A stretch of DNA of 64,000 bases. Source: Sedimentisphaerales bacterium. GTDB lineage: Bacteria; Planctomycetota; Phycisphaerae; Sedimentisphaerales; SM23-30. The position numbers were made by a program, and so were the translations under genes. Numbering within the stretch: position 1 is the first letter of the stretch; each line of letters begins with the position of its first letter. The notes below the pieces were generated by a model, which was not told where the DNA came from, did no database searches, and saw only the letters and a program-made list of their open reading frames with translations. Positions 27,747-38,307 of this stretch are shown here, piece by piece. The DNA lies in contig CAXXMR010000008.1 in NCBI GenBank assembly GCA_963663805.2, positions 160,001 to 224,000 of the forward strand. The letters are read 5' to 3'.

Positions 27747-30353
27747 ATGAAATATTTCTCGTTTCGCGTAGTCGTTGTCCTGGTGCTTTTGCTGTTTAGC
27801 TGTCCTGCTCCTGCTCAGGAATGCGTCACCCTGAACTTTTTCGATGCCGCCCACAGTTATTCTCAGCCCTACACCTGCTGGGACGGCTCTAAATGCCGCG
27901 TCTACGCCTCCAGCTCTTCAGTCTTTACCATCTGCAACTCCGGCGGTATTCCTGTTGACATGTCCATCGGCACCGGCTCACTTGTTCTCGAAACTACCAT
28001 GCCCGGCGGCTGGTGGAACCTTGAATTCAAAATCGACTGGGGCCATTCCATCAACTGCTATCGCTACGGCGAAAGCCCACTTCTCCACTTACGCGTTAAA
28101 TGGGGACAGATAGCATCCGGCGCCGACATGTGGATTGAATTAAAGGACGACCAGAGCATCAAAACCCTTTATCGTTCCTATACCGGCCAGGGCGATTCAT
28201 ACAGCAACCAGTCTGCCGCCGTCTACCTTCTGGATTATGTAACCCCTTCGACCTCACAATGGCAGGATGTCTACATCCCCCTATCTGACTTCCTTGCCGA
28301 CAATCCCAACCTGGACCCTACGCGTATCAGCATCCTCAAATTTTACGGGGTCGGATACTATTCCCAGACCAATACCCTCTACATCGAAAAAATCCGTATC
28401 GTCCCCGATACTGCTTGCACCTATCTTGACATGATAAAGGTGAATCAGCTTGGCTATCTGCCCGGCGATCGCAAACTAGTCCTCATCAGCTACGAGTCAG
28501 GTTCGCCTGTTACTGCTCCCACCTATTTCCAGCTCAAAGACGCTGATACCCAGGCCATCGTTTATCAGGGCTCGACAGTTCTGGACACACCCTCCGGCTC
28601 ATACTGGGATTATAGTGGCGATACGGTCTATCACGCCGACTTTTCAGAATTCACCACGCCCGGACGTTATGTTATCTACTCCCCTCAGCTGGGCCAGACT
28701 TCCCCGGACTTTGAAATATCCGCCCACGCTTATGACCAGCCCTTCCGCGACGCCTTGCGTTTCTTCTATTACGCTCGAAGCGGTTACGATATCGCAGAGC
28801 CCTACGCCGAAGGACATCCACGCCCCAACATTTACGCTAACAACGCCTACTGCTCTTATGATTACGACGACAACGATGCCAGTAAAATGTACGATTACGA
28901 CCCGCTTAATGCCGGTATAACCACCCGCGATGTCCGCGGCGGCTGGTTCGATGCTGGCGACTTGCATCTCGATGTCCACAATAATGTCGCCACCTTGTGG
29001 TTTCTGCTGAAAACCTACCAACAGTTCAACTCCAAGCTCGGCCCCGGCCTGCTCAATCTGCCCGAATCCGACACCCAGCGTAACGACATTATCCCTCTGA
29101 TAACTTACCAGCTTGACTGGTTCAAAAAAATGCAGAACCCTGACGGCAGTGTGCATTTCATCGTCATTTCATCCGGCAGTCAACAGCAGCAGCAGGTCTC
29201 TGATGTCTCCAGCGGTGCCGCCTGTATCCTGGCCGGTATTTTCGCCAAGGCCTATACCGCCTTTACTGATGTGCCGGGCATGGAATCATACGCCGCAGAT
29301 TTATTAACTCGTGCCGAGCTGTCCTGGTCCTGGCTTGTTGCCCATCCCGACAATTATAATCCCACCAGTTCCAGCGGCTACACCTGGTCCTACGGTATAC
29401 GTGACGACACCTCCTTCCGTTCCTTCGCCGCCATCGAGCTCTACATCGCCACCGGCAGCACCTCCTACCGCACCTATTTCGAAACTGCCTTCAACCGTAC
29501 CGGCGATGCTGTAACCGCCTTCCCCGGTGACTTTAGCGGCTCCGGTGCTTCCGGCTCATCAGGTCATTACAATTACCTCGCCCTCATCGGCAGCATTAAC
29601 GGCATCACTGCCGGTTACATGGACTACATCGACACTACCCGCCCTGTTACCGCTGCCATCAAAAACAATATCAAACAGCATTTCCTCAGCGACGCCGCCT
29701 CCGCTCTGGCCCACCGCAACTATACCACCTACAACATCCCGCTTTATATGTTCAATGACCTCTCCTGGGGCTCCAGCGGTATGCTCTGCGGCAATGCCTT
29801 CGTCCTGCTGCGTGCCTACGAATGGACTGGCAACGAAGAATATCGACACGCCGCCCAGGATGTCCTCGACTGGATTAGCGGCCGCAACCCCGTCGCCCGC
29901 AACTTCATCACCGGCTACGGCGACAACCTCCACGGCACGGACCACTATTCATTTTATATGTTCGACCACGAAAATCCCGTCCCCGGTTATCTCTGCGGCA
30001 ACATAAACGCCTTTGGCGCCGATTGGGGCCAGCATCCCCTCAACTATTACATCAAGTACAAATATAAATACTACCTTAATATCCAGACTGCTGCCATCCT
30101 CGAACCCTGCCTGCCCTGGCAAGCTGAAATGTGCTACCTGCTGGGTTACTTCGCTTCCGACCTGAAATTAACCGCCGACATCTACCCCGACGGCCTGGTT
30201 GATATGCTCGACGCCAATCTGCTCTTCCAGGCCTGGCTAACCGCACCAACCGACCAGAACTGGAACCCAGACTGCGACCTCGCTGACCCCGCCAATAATT
30301 TAATAGACTTCGCCGATTTCGCCGTCCTCGCCGCCCAATGGACCGAAAATTAG
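27747..30353 (+). CDS. Secreted GH9 glycoside hydrolase with CBM-like, Ig-like and dockerin-like domains
   Basis: IKVNQLGY (CelD-like Ig domain), DVRGGWFDAGD, GRNP..FITGYG; C-terminal DFADFAVLAAQW. Confidence 0.88.
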   Translation: MKYFSFRVVVVLVLLLFSCPAPAQECVTLNFFDAAHSYSQPYTCWDGSKCRVYASSSSVFTICNSGGIPVDMSIGTGSLVLETTMPGGWWNLEFKIDWGHSINCYRYGESPLLHLRVKWGQIASGADMWIELKDDQSIKTLYRSYTGQGDSYSNQSAAVYLLDYVTPSTSQWQDVYIPLSDFLADNPNLDPTRISILKFYGVGYYSQTNTLYIEKIRIVPDTACTYLDMIKVNQLGYLPGDRKLVLISYESGSPVTAPTYFQLKDADTQAIVYQGSTVLDTPSGSYWDYSGDTVYHADFSEFTTPGRYVIYSPQLGQTSPDFEISAHAYDQPFRDALRFFYYARSGYDIAEPYAEGHPRPNIYANNAYCSYDYDDNDASKMYDYDPLNAGITTRDVRGGWFDAGDLHLDVHNNVATLWFLLKTYQQFNSKLGPGLLNLPESDTQRNDIIPLITYQLDWFKKMQNPDGSVHFIVISSGSQQQQQVSDVSSGAACILAGIFAKAYTAFTDVPGMESYAADLLTRAELSWSWLVAHPDNYNPTSSSGYTWSYGIRDDTSFRSFAAIELYIATGSTSYRTYFETAFNRTGDAVTAFPGDFSGSGASGSSGHYNYLALIGSINGITAGYMDYIDTTRPVTAAIKNNIKQHFLSDAASALAHRNYTTYNIPLYMFNDLSWGSSGMLCGNAFVLLRAYEWTGNEEYRHAAQDVLDWISGRNPVARNFITGYGDNLHGTDHYSFYMFDHENPVPGYLCGNINAFGADWGQHPLNYYIKYKYKYYLNIQTAAILEPCLPWQAEMCYLLGYFASDLKLTADIYPDGLVDMLDANLLFQAWLTAPTDQNWNPDCDLADPANNLIDFADFAVLAAQWTEN

Positions 30354-31344
30354 ATATTACAAAACTCGATGATTTGTCATCTATATTTCCAGGATTGTCT
30401 TCCGAGCAGTCTTCTTGCCATAAAATGTGTGACGAAGCTTCACCGAGAAGTTCAAGGTCACTCAGTCTTCCTTTTCTATTTTTAAGGCTACAATAAAGTT
30501 CGCTAAGTTCATCCAGGCATTCTAATTTTTTTATATCTGATTTTATACTTTCTAAATATTCGGGTATTAATTCAGGATCAAACCCTAAAGGTCTTATTTT
30601 TCTGATAAATTCCAACAATCCTGTTTGATCTTTATTGTTTATGAGGTAAACAATAATTTCTTTCCAAAGAATATCTTCGTTTTCAAAAGTGTATTCATTT
30701 AGCAAAAATATTTTTCCCGCCTTGGAGTAATATCGAATTTCATAAGTATAAAGTCCTTTTTGGGAGGCGGCATCGTGGATAATTTCATATAGTTGACTTG
30801 TAATTTTATTTACTAATTTGCCAATAAATTTTTTGATCCTTAAATTATTTCTGACAGTTTTGAGTTTTCCATCTTCGTGCAGATCAATTTTAAGATATTT
30901 TGACAAGAATCTCAAAAAAGAGGTTCTCTCGTTAGAATTAAAAGAACACGAATCTATGATATAGCGGTCATATCTATACTTTGTGTAAAAAGTTCCTAGC
31001 AATTGGAGTAGTTCATTGTGAGGGCAACTTATGTTTAGACTATGTGGTTTTTTCTTAATACGTTTTATCAGTTCAAGGTGATTATGTGTAATTAGTTTTT
31101 TTTCAAATTTATGCTTGTCAGCAGAATTGTCATACTCTAGCAGTATGATAGATATTTTTAATAACCTTTCAATTCCAACTGAAAGATTATACAAAATTTC
31201 AAAGATGTCTTCGTCATGATTTAATGTATTAATTTCATGAAGATGCTTTAGGCCATTATAAAGAAAACTGCCAGAAATATGTAGTTCTGTTCCAAGCTCA
31301 AAATTTTGCCAGAATACATTCGGTTTCATTAATAGGTGTCCCAT
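30354..31344 (-). CDS. AT-rich hypothetical protein (possibly HEPN-like); as sequenced it reads through to 30076
   Basis: Markedly AT-rich ORF; LSVGIERLLK, THNHLEL and YRYDRY motifs; the last ~90 codons are simply antisense to GH9. Confidence 0.6.
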
Positions 31345-31397
31345 TGTTTAAATATGCTGGCGTTAGCGTTTAATTTTTTTAGGAGATCGCTTATTTG

Positions 31398-32032
31398 CTA
31401 TAACAACTCATCCTCAGCCAGTCGCACGATCAATCCGCCCAATTTGCTCTTGAGAATAATTGGATAATCTACCCAGCCTTCCCCACGCTGCAATATAGAA
31501 ACATCCGTTCGGTTCGCCGCAAATGCCGCCGGACCATTAAGGATTATTGCGTCCAGATTCTTGTTTACCAGCTTCTGTTTCGCCCGCTTCCGTGCCCCCT
31601 TGTCCTGCACAGCAAAGCCAATCAGCATTTTATCTTTCTTGTCTTGCCCCAGTTCCGCCAGGATGTCCCGTGTTCTTTCCAGTTCCAGATTCATCCCGCC
31701 CGGTGACTTTTCCATCTTATGTGTCCAACGTTTCGCCGGTCGATAATCGCAAACCGCTGCCGTCATTATAACGCAGTCGCATTTATTGAAATGTTCCCCA
31801 ACAGCTTCGGCCATCTCTTCGCTACTGACCACCCGCACCAGTTTGACCCCTTTAGGTCGTGCCAAACCTACCGGACCGCTGATTAAGGTGACTTTATGTC
31901 CCCGTTTAATTGCCGCCGCCGCGCAGGCATACCCCATCTTGCCCGTTGAACCATTAGTTAAAAACCGCACCGGGTCCAGATATTCCCGGGTAGGCCCGCC
32001 GTTATTAGAAATCGCAAAGCCCGTTTCCCCAT
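31398..32032 (-). CDS. coaB: Phosphopantothenate-cysteine ligase CoaB (stand-alone; 1-nt frameshift near 31995)
   Basis: MGKRALRFLITAG / PTREYLDPVRFLTNGSTGKMG join if one base is restored; AAVCDY, IGFA. Confidence 0.85.
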
Positions 32033-32034
32033 CG

Positions 32035-32613
32035 TCAATTACCATTCGGTTTGGGAGTCAGACCTTTCAGCAACTCCGTTATTTTATCATAAATCGCTTC
32101 CGGACTGCACATCCGACCTACCCCCGTTGTTCCACATGCCAGCCTGCCATTGTCCGGCCCAACTGTAACAATGCCCCATTCCGCCAGCGTCTGCATATTC
32201 CGCTTTACTGCTGGATGTCCCCACATGCGACTGTTCATCGCCGGTGCCAGCAGGACATCACTGTCCGCCGCGGCCAATAGCGTACTGAGCAAATCATCGC
32301 AAATTCCCCCGGCCAGCTTGCCGATAATATTCGCCGTCGCCGGTGCCACCACGAATAAATCTGCCCGCTCCGTCAGGCTGATATGCCGGGCGTCGTAAAC
32401 CTGCTCCGCCGCGAACATATCAGTATAAACCTGCCGACCCGTAAGCGTGCTGAACGTCAACGCCCCCACAAACTTCTGAGCATGTTCGGTCATTGCCACC
32501 GTTACCCCCGCGCCAGCCTGCACCAGCTTCGAGCATAGCAGTGCCGACTTATACGCCGCGATTCCGCCGGTTACGCCCAGCAGAATCTCAAACTGTTCCA
32601 GTTCACCTGCCAT
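32035..32613 (-). CDS. coaC: Phosphopantothenoylcysteine decarboxylase CoaC
   Basis: LGVTGGIAAYK, APATAN, APAMN, GRLACG..GVGRM. Confidence 0.92.
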   Translation of the reverse strand: MAGELEQFEILLGVTGGIAAYKSALLCSKLVQAGAGVTVAMTEHAQKFVGALTFSTLTGRQVYTDMFAAEQVYDARHISLTERADLFVVAPATANIIGKLAGGICDDLLSTLLAAADSDVLLAPAMNSRMWGHPAVKRNMQTLAEWGIVTVGPDNGRLACGTTGVGRMCSPEAIYDKITELLKGLTPKPNGN

Positions 32614-32657
32614 CGCCTGACTCCCGAACACAACGCATTAGCGCAAGAACCAGCGGG

Positions 32658-32921
32658 TCAATCACCCGCTCCGCGACTGATACCGTTTTTTAGCATCTCC
32701 GCTGACGGCGGATACAGAGACACGCTTTTTTCATAATCAACCGCGATCTTGTCTTCCTCGACTTCCTGCAGGGCTATCTCAATCAGTGTTTTGCCCTTGG
32801 GGTCAACCAGCGGACGGGAACCATCAATCAGCTCACGCAAACGACGCTGAATCAGGGCCGTAAGGCGAAATTTGCCGCCTACCTTTTTTACCACTTCATC
32901 GCTTTTCAATACTTCCAGCAT
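32658..32921 (-). CDS. rpoZ: RNA polymerase omega subunit
   Basis: GGKFRLTALIQRRLREL, IEIALQE; yicC-gmk-rpoZ-coaBC synteny. Confidence 0.9.
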   Translation of the reverse strand: MLEVLKSDEVVKKVGGKFRLTALIQRRLRELIDGSRPLVDPKGKTLIEIALQEVEEDKIAVDYEKSVSLYPPSAEMLKNGISRGAGD

Positions 32922-32932
32922 CAAGCAATCTC

Positions 32933-33499
32933 CTATTTATTGAAAATCGTTACCATTTCATCAATTGCCCGCTCCACATCGTCATTTACGATGGTGTAGC
33001 GGTAATGTTTGTTATTCTTAGCCTGTTCAATTTCCCAGAGAGCCTTGGCTAATCGCTTCTGGATTGTTTCTTCGTCATCCCGCCCCCGCCCGGCCAGACG
33101 TTTCTTAATCTCCTCTGCGCTCGGTGCCAGCACCAGTATCCCCATCGCTGCACCAAACTTTTCAAACACCTGCGTCGCCCCCTGTACATCAATTTCCAGA
33201 ATTACCGTCTGGCCTTGTCCCAGCATCTCCTTCACAGGCTCGGCCGGTGTCCCGTAATAATTGCCGAAAACTTCGGCATATTCCAGAAATTCGTCCGCTG
33301 CGATTTTTGCTTCAAATTCTGCCCGGCTCAAAAAGTAATAGTCCCGGCCGTCAACCTCGTTCTTGCCCTGTCCCCGCGTTGTCGCCGAAACACTCACTTT
33401 CACATTTGTACGCTTAATCGCTTCCCGGCACAGTGTACTCTTGCCCGAGCCGCTCGGCCCGCTCACCACAAACAATTTACCTTTGCCATTACCGCTCAT
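32933..33499 (-). CDS. gmk: Guanylate kinase
   Basis: SGPSGSGKST, SATTR, YYGT, LEIDVQGA. Confidence 0.95.
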   Translation of the reverse strand: MSGNGKGKLFVVSGPSGSGKSTLCREAIKRTNVKVSVSATTRGQGKNEVDGRDYYFLSRAEFEAKIAADEFLEYAEVFGNYYGTPAEPVKEMLGQGQTVILEIDVQGATQVFEKFGAAMGILVLAPSAEEIKKRLAGRGRDDEETIQKRLAKALWEIEQAKNNKHYRYTIVNDDVERAIDEMVTIFNK

Positions 33500-33534
33500 A
33501 ACCGTATCCGCTTCCCCGACTGCAAACATCAAAA

Positions 33535-34425
33535 CTATTCGATATTTTGTACCTGTTCCCGCAACCGGTCTATTGCGACTTTAATTTCGACTACATGATG
33601 ACTTATCTGAGCGTTGTTGGCCTTGCTGGCGATGGTGTTGGCTTCCCGCAGCATTTCCTGTGTCAGGAAATCCAGCCGCCGACCCGCCTGAGTCCCGCAG
33701 TCGCAGGCATCCCGAAACTGACCCATATGAGAAGTCAGCCGTGAAATCTCCTCGTTGATATCACAACGCTCCGCGAAGATTGCCACTTCTTTCATCAACA
33801 GGTCTTCATCGACTTTCAGATTCGCTTCTGCCAGCATGGCATCCACCCGCTGCTGAATTCGCTGCCGATAGTTATTCACCACCGTCTCAGCCATGCCCGC
33901 CAGCGATTCAAGGTTATCCTGAATCACCTGACACTGGCCCAGCAAATCATCCCGCCCGCGCTTGCCCTCTTCCGTCCGCATTTCCTGCAAACGGTCAATA
34001 GCTTCATGCGTCAGTTTCTCGATAATCTCCTGCATTGCCTTGTGTTCATCTTCGGTGTACTTGCGCAACTGACAAACTCCCGGCAGTTGCAACAGTGCCG
34101 CCAGGTCTATTTCCAGATTGTCATCGCCGCCGTACAGATTCTTGGCCTGCTCCAGATGCCCCAGATAATCCTGAAGCATCGCGTGATTGACATCGAACGC
34201 GCCCGACTTGCCCGTATGCCGCAGGTGCATGGTATAATTTACCGAACCCCGCGCTAGCCTGTCCCGGATTATCCGTTCAACCGCCGGCTCCGCGAACGCC
34301 ATAGCGTCCGGCAGACGAATGCTGGTCTTCAGGAACTTATTGTTCAGCGACTTAATCTCAATCAGAAAGCTCAAACCTTCACTTTCCAGTTGAGCGTCAC
34401 CAAAACCTGTCATGCTTTGCAGCAT
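33535..34425 (-). CDS. yicC: YicC/YloC family endoribonuclease
   Basis: SMTGFG, GRRLDFLTQEMLREANTIASK, REQVQNIE. Confidence 0.95.
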   Translation of the reverse strand: MLQSMTGFGDAQLESEGLSFLIEIKSLNNKFLKTSIRLPDAMAFAEPAVERIIRDRLARGSVNYTMHLRHTGKSGAFDVNHAMLQDYLGHLEQAKNLYGGDDNLEIDLAALLQLPGVCQLRKYTEDEHKAMQEIIEKLTHEAIDRLQEMRTEEGKRGRDDLLGQCQVIQDNLESLAGMAETVVNNYRQRIQQRVDAMLAEANLKVDEDLLMKEVAIFAERCDINEEISRLTSHMGQFRDACDCGTQAGRRLDFLTQEMLREANTIASKANNAQISHHVVEIKVAIDRLREQVQNIE

Positions 34426-34491
34426 ATTATCGTCTCCAGACGTTGTTTATATCAAAACCACGCACGTTAATAAGCCGTGCCGTAAATCAGA

Positions 34492-34966
34492 CTACTTGCC
34501 TTCCGCCGGTGCCTCAGGGGCAGTCTTTGCCGGAGCAGCTTCTTCAGTAGACGCAGCGTTTTCCGTCGGAGCAGCCGTTTCTTCCGTCGCCGGAGAGGTG
34601 GCTTCTGCCGTGACAGCACCTTCGACCGGTGCTTCAGCTTCAGCTGGGGGCAGTTGCCGCTGGTGCCGCGCCGATTGCCGCGTTCAGTTCTTCCTGAGTC
34701 TGGCTGTAGGGTTTGTACGACATTGTCAAAACCATCGCCAGCACCAGGAACAACACCACTACCACAATCGTTGTCCAGGTAAAGACATCGCCGGTCTTAC
34801 TGCCGAACGCACTTTGACCGCCGCCGCCGCCGAACGCCGCCGACAGACCGCCGCCCCGACCTTTCTGCAGCAATACCAGGCCAATCAGTGCCACGCAGAC
34901 AATGATAAAAACTACTGCCAATAGCTGCGCCCACCAGTGTATTGCTCCGAGAATCACTATGTTCAT
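34492..34966 (-). CDS. secG: Preprotein translocase SecG with A/E/P/T-rich tail (apparent +1 frameshift at 34646-34650)
   Basis: LVLLQKGRGGGLSAAFGG; removing one base from the G5 run extends the frame to ...APAEGK* at 34492. Confidence 0.85.
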
Positions 34967-35009
34967 AACTTGCTCCAAAAACTATGCGTTAATTATTTCC
35001 GTTTGTAAC

Positions 35010-35807
35010 TTACTTACCACCGCAGCAGCAGCCCTTGCCCGAGTTGCCCGCACCGCGAATAATGCCCATAAAATCATCAACCTTCAGGCTCGCTCCGCCC
35101 ACCAATGCGCCGTCAACGTCCGGCTGAGACATCAGCTCCGCGGCATTGTCAGCTTTTACACTGCCGCCATACTGAATCCGCACCGACTGAGCCAGATTGT
35201 CATCATACATGTCAGCCAGAATCTTACGTGAAAAAGCGTGGGCTTCCTGAGCCTGCGCCGGTGAAGCCGTCTTGCCTGTGCCGATCGCCCATACCGGCTC
35301 ATAAGCCACAGTAATATCAGCCATCTGAGCAGCCGAAACATCCTTGAGCCCTTCACGCAGATGACGTTCGATAACCGCTTCGGTCTGACCGGCTTCGCGT
35401 TCTTCCAGCAGTTCGCCGATGCAGAGAATAACCTTCAGGCCGCCGGCTAGGGCTGCCTTGACCTTCTTATTAACGATTGCGTCCGTCTCGCCAATCACAT
35501 GACGACGTTCCGAATGGCCCGCCAGCACATAGGTGCAGCCCACATCCTTGAGCATGTCAACACTGACTTCGCCGGTGAAAGCGCCTTTGCCTTCATAGAA
35601 TACGTCCTGAGCGCCCACCGCTACAACACTACCCGCCGCCGCTTCGACAACTGCCGGAAGATGCACAAAAACCGGGCAAACCGCCACATCGACACATGTC
35701 GTACTTTCGCATTTCGACAAAGCGTCTTTCAAACCGCTCGCCAATGCCGCTGCGCCTGCCTTATCCAGATTCATCTTCCAGTTGCCTGCTACAAATTTCT
35801 TTCTCAT
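35010..35807 (-). CDS. tpiA: Triosephosphate isomerase
   Basis: [36 protein letters not shown]. Confidence 0.97.
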   Translation of the reverse strand: MRKKFVAGNWKMNLDKAGAAALASGLKDALSKCESTTCVDVAVCPVFVHLPAVVEAAAGSVVAVGAQDVFYEGKGAFTGEVSVDMLKDVGCTYVLAGHSERRHVIGETDAIVNKKVKAALAGGLKVILCIGELLEEREAGQTEAVIERHLREGLKDVSAAQMADITVAYEPVWAIGTGKTASPAQAQEAHAFSRKILADMYDDNLAQSVRIQYGGSVKADNAAELMSQPDVDGALVGGASLKVDDFMGIIRGAGNSGKGCCCGGK

Positions 35808-35961
35808 AGTCAATACTCCTGAGATTAATAGTCTTTCAAAATCCTTATATCAGAGCCGCAAACATAAGTCAGCGGTTGCCGTTAATAAAAAATAAAATCT
35901 TGTTTAATCCGTCTAAAATTCTTGGCCGTTATGCCGATTTCTGACTTCTGACATCTGAAGT

Positions 35962-36978
35962 CTAATTCAGGGTTTTTCCGCAAATCGCCGCCAACTCCCG
36001 TACCGCTTTCATCAATTCCGCGAACATATTCTCGGTCAGCGCCTGCGGCCCATCACACTTAGCCTTATCAGGACAGTCATGCACTTCCACAATCATCCCA
36101 TCGGCACCCGCCGCGATGCCCGCCACCGCCAGCGACTGAACCATATCACGCCGACCAGCCGCGTGCGAAGGGTCAACTATCACCGGCAGATGCGAGTCAA
36201 TCTTCGCCAGAGCAATCGCCCCCACGTCCAGCGTAAACCGCATTTCATTTTCAAATCCCGTACTGCCCCTCTCACAAAGCACCACGTCACGATTGCCACC
36301 GGCCAGAACATACTCCGCGCTCATCAGCCAGTCCTTAACTGTACAACTCGCCCCGCGTTTCAGCAGCACCGGTTTATTGACTTTGCCGATCTCGCTCAGC
36401 AGTACAAAATTCTGCATATTCCGAGCCCCGACCTGCAGCATATCAGTGTACTTCGCCACCAGTTCCACATTTCGCGGGTCCGTAATCTCTGTAACAATCG
36501 GCATCCCGAACTCATCCCCGCACTCACGCAAAATTTTTAGACCGTCTTCGCCCAGTCCCTGAAAACTGTAAGGACTCGTCCGCGGCTTAAACGCTCCGCC
36601 CCGCAGCATACTAGCCCCGCTGGCCTTAACCGAACGGGCAATCTCCCGGCAGCTTGCCAGACTCTCAACCGCACACGGCCCCGCTATCGCCACGCACTTA
36701 CCCCCGCCGACCTTCACGCCGCTAACATCGATCTGACTGTCCTCGGCACAGAAATCGCGGCTCGCCAGTTTGTAAGGCCGCATAATCTGAACCACATTTT
36801 CAACCCCGTCGATACTTTTAATGTGGTCTGGAAACTCCACGTTCTCTTCGCCGATAGCACCAATAATGGTACGAAAAGCACCTCGCGAAACATGCGCCTG
36901 CAAGCCCAGCTCCTCGATTCGGCCAATGACCCGATCGACAACCTCCTGAGATGCACCCGATTGCAGAATTACTAACAT
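35962..36978 (-). CDS. aroF: DAHP synthase (type I-beta with N-terminal regulatory domain)
   Basis: IAGPCAVES, GGAFKPRTSPYSFQG, VDPSH. Confidence 0.93.
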   Translation of the reverse strand: MLVILQSGASQEVVDRVIGRIEELGLQAHVSRGAFRTIIGAIGEENVEFPDHIKSIDGVENVVQIMRPYKLASRDFCAEDSQIDVSGVKVGGGKCVAIAGPCAVESLASCREIARSVKASGASMLRGGAFKPRTSPYSFQGLGEDGLKILRECGDEFGMPIVTEITDPRNVELVAKYTDMLQVGARNMQNFVLLSEIGKVNKPVLLKRGASCTVKDWLMSAEYVLAGGNRDVVLCERGSTGFENEMRFTLDVGAIALAKIDSHLPVIVDPSHAAGRRDMVQSLAVAGIAAGADGMIVEVHDCPDKAKCDGPQALTENMFAELMKAVRELAAICGKTLN

Positions 36979-37014
36979 AATTTTATTTCCGTATTATCGC
37001 CGGCTCCGATTCGC

Positions 37015-38100
37015 CTAAAGTACCTCGGTCGCCCGCGGAAAACTTCCCAAAACACTCAATTGCAAACAATGACGTTTCGCTTCCGCGAACGCCTGCTGGA
37101 CATTCGCGTCCGCCTGATGGCCCTGACAATCAACGAAGAAATAATATTCCCGTTCCCGTTTCTTGCTCGGCCGAGATTCAATATTCGTTAAGTTCACACC
37201 GTTGTAACGAAACGCCTGTAAAGCATCCACCAACGCCCCCGCCTTATGCGCCGTGCTGAACACCACCGCTGTCTTATCATTACCCGTAGGCCGCGCCGAC
37301 TCCCGGCCAATCACCAGGAACCGAGTCACATTATGAGCGCTGTCCTCGATATTCTCAAACAGCAGCCGCAAGCCATACAATTCCGCCGCCAACGTTGAGC
37401 CAATCGCAGCGCTGTAAGGTTCAACCGCCGCCTTTTGGGCTGCCTGAGCGCTCGAAGCCACCGGCATAACATCAACATTCGGCAGAGTCGCCGCCAGCCA
37501 GTGCCGACATTGACCCAAAACTTCCGGTTTGGAATAAACGACCTTAATTTCGTCCAACCCGCAGTTGGCCATCAAATTATGATGTATCAGGACCAGCATC
37601 TCGGCACAAATCGAAACCGGCGATTCAATCAGCGAATCCAGCGTCTCGATTATCCCGCCCAGTACCGAGTTTTCGACCGGCACAATACCTAAATCACAAT
37701 GCTCCTTGCCAATCTCGTCAAATACCGACCGAATATCGCCCAAAGGTTCATATTCCACGCACTGCCCAAACTTCAGCATAGCCGCAGTATGCGAAAAACT
37801 GCCCTTAGGACCCAGAAAAGCGATTCGCAATGGCCGTTCCAGAAAAAACGACCCGCTCATCAATTCTCGATATACCGCCAGCAGACAAGAGTCCGGCAGC
37901 GGCCCTGCATTGCACTTTTTGACTTTATCCAGCACGGCCCGTTCCCGGTCCGGTGCGTATATCGGCGGGGCGCTCTTATCGCTGCGCTTGATTTCACCGA
38001 CCTCGACTACCACTTTCGCCCGTTCATTCATCAGGCGAACCAATTCATGGTCCAGCTCGTCAATCCGCTTGCGTAACTCGTCCAGCCTGCCCAAAACCAA
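37015..38100 (-). CDS. pheA: Chorismate mutase/prephenate dehydratase
   Basis: LDELRKRIDELD, FLGPKGSFS, NVTRF, TNIESRPS; probable TTG start at 38100 or 38094. Confidence 0.93.
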   Translation of the reverse strand: MVLGRLDELRKRIDELDHELVRLMNERAKVVVEVGEIKRSDKSAPPIYAPDRERAVLDKVKKCNAGPLPDSCLLAVYRELMSGSFFLERPLRIAFLGPKGSFSHTAAMLKFGQCVEYEPLGDIRSVFDEIGKEHCDLGIVPVENSVLGGIIETLDSLIESPVSICAEMLVLIHHNLMANCGLDEIKVVYSKPEVLGQCRHWLAATLPNVDVMPVASSAQAAQKAAVEPYSAAIGSTLAAELYGLRLLFENIEDSAHNVTRFLVIGRESARPTGNDKTAVVFSTAHKAGALVDALQAFRYNGVNLTNIESRPSKKREREYYFFVDCQGHQADANVQQAFAEAKRHCLQLSVLGSFPRATEVL

Positions 38101-38167
38101 CCGCCGTTTCTGTTTACCTAACTTACTTACATCTAACGGTTTATACAATAAACCATTAGAACCCTCT

Positions 38168-38196
38168 TGTATACCGACTTTTGCCTGCCCAGTCAA
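38168..38196 (-). promoter_or_regulatory. Sigma70 promoter for the pheA-aroF operon
   Basis: TTGACT-N17-TATACA on the minus strand. Confidence 0.55.
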
Positions 38197-38307
38197 CCCA
38201 AAAATAACCCCAAAACCGCCCGTATTGCTGGTTTTTGCGTTGAACTTACCAGACCAATAGGGTAGTTTGGCCCCCGGTAAGGTTTTATCTTAAATACAGG
38301 ATTTGTT

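Noticed and set aside
31345..31390. Integron attC/attI site beside the AT-rich gene
   Set aside because: No proper RYYYAAC...GTTRRRY pair with a palindrome and no integrase.
35850..35960. Short REP-like and 7-bp (ctgactt) repeats between aroF and tpiA
   Set aside because: Too short and degenerate to define from this window alone.
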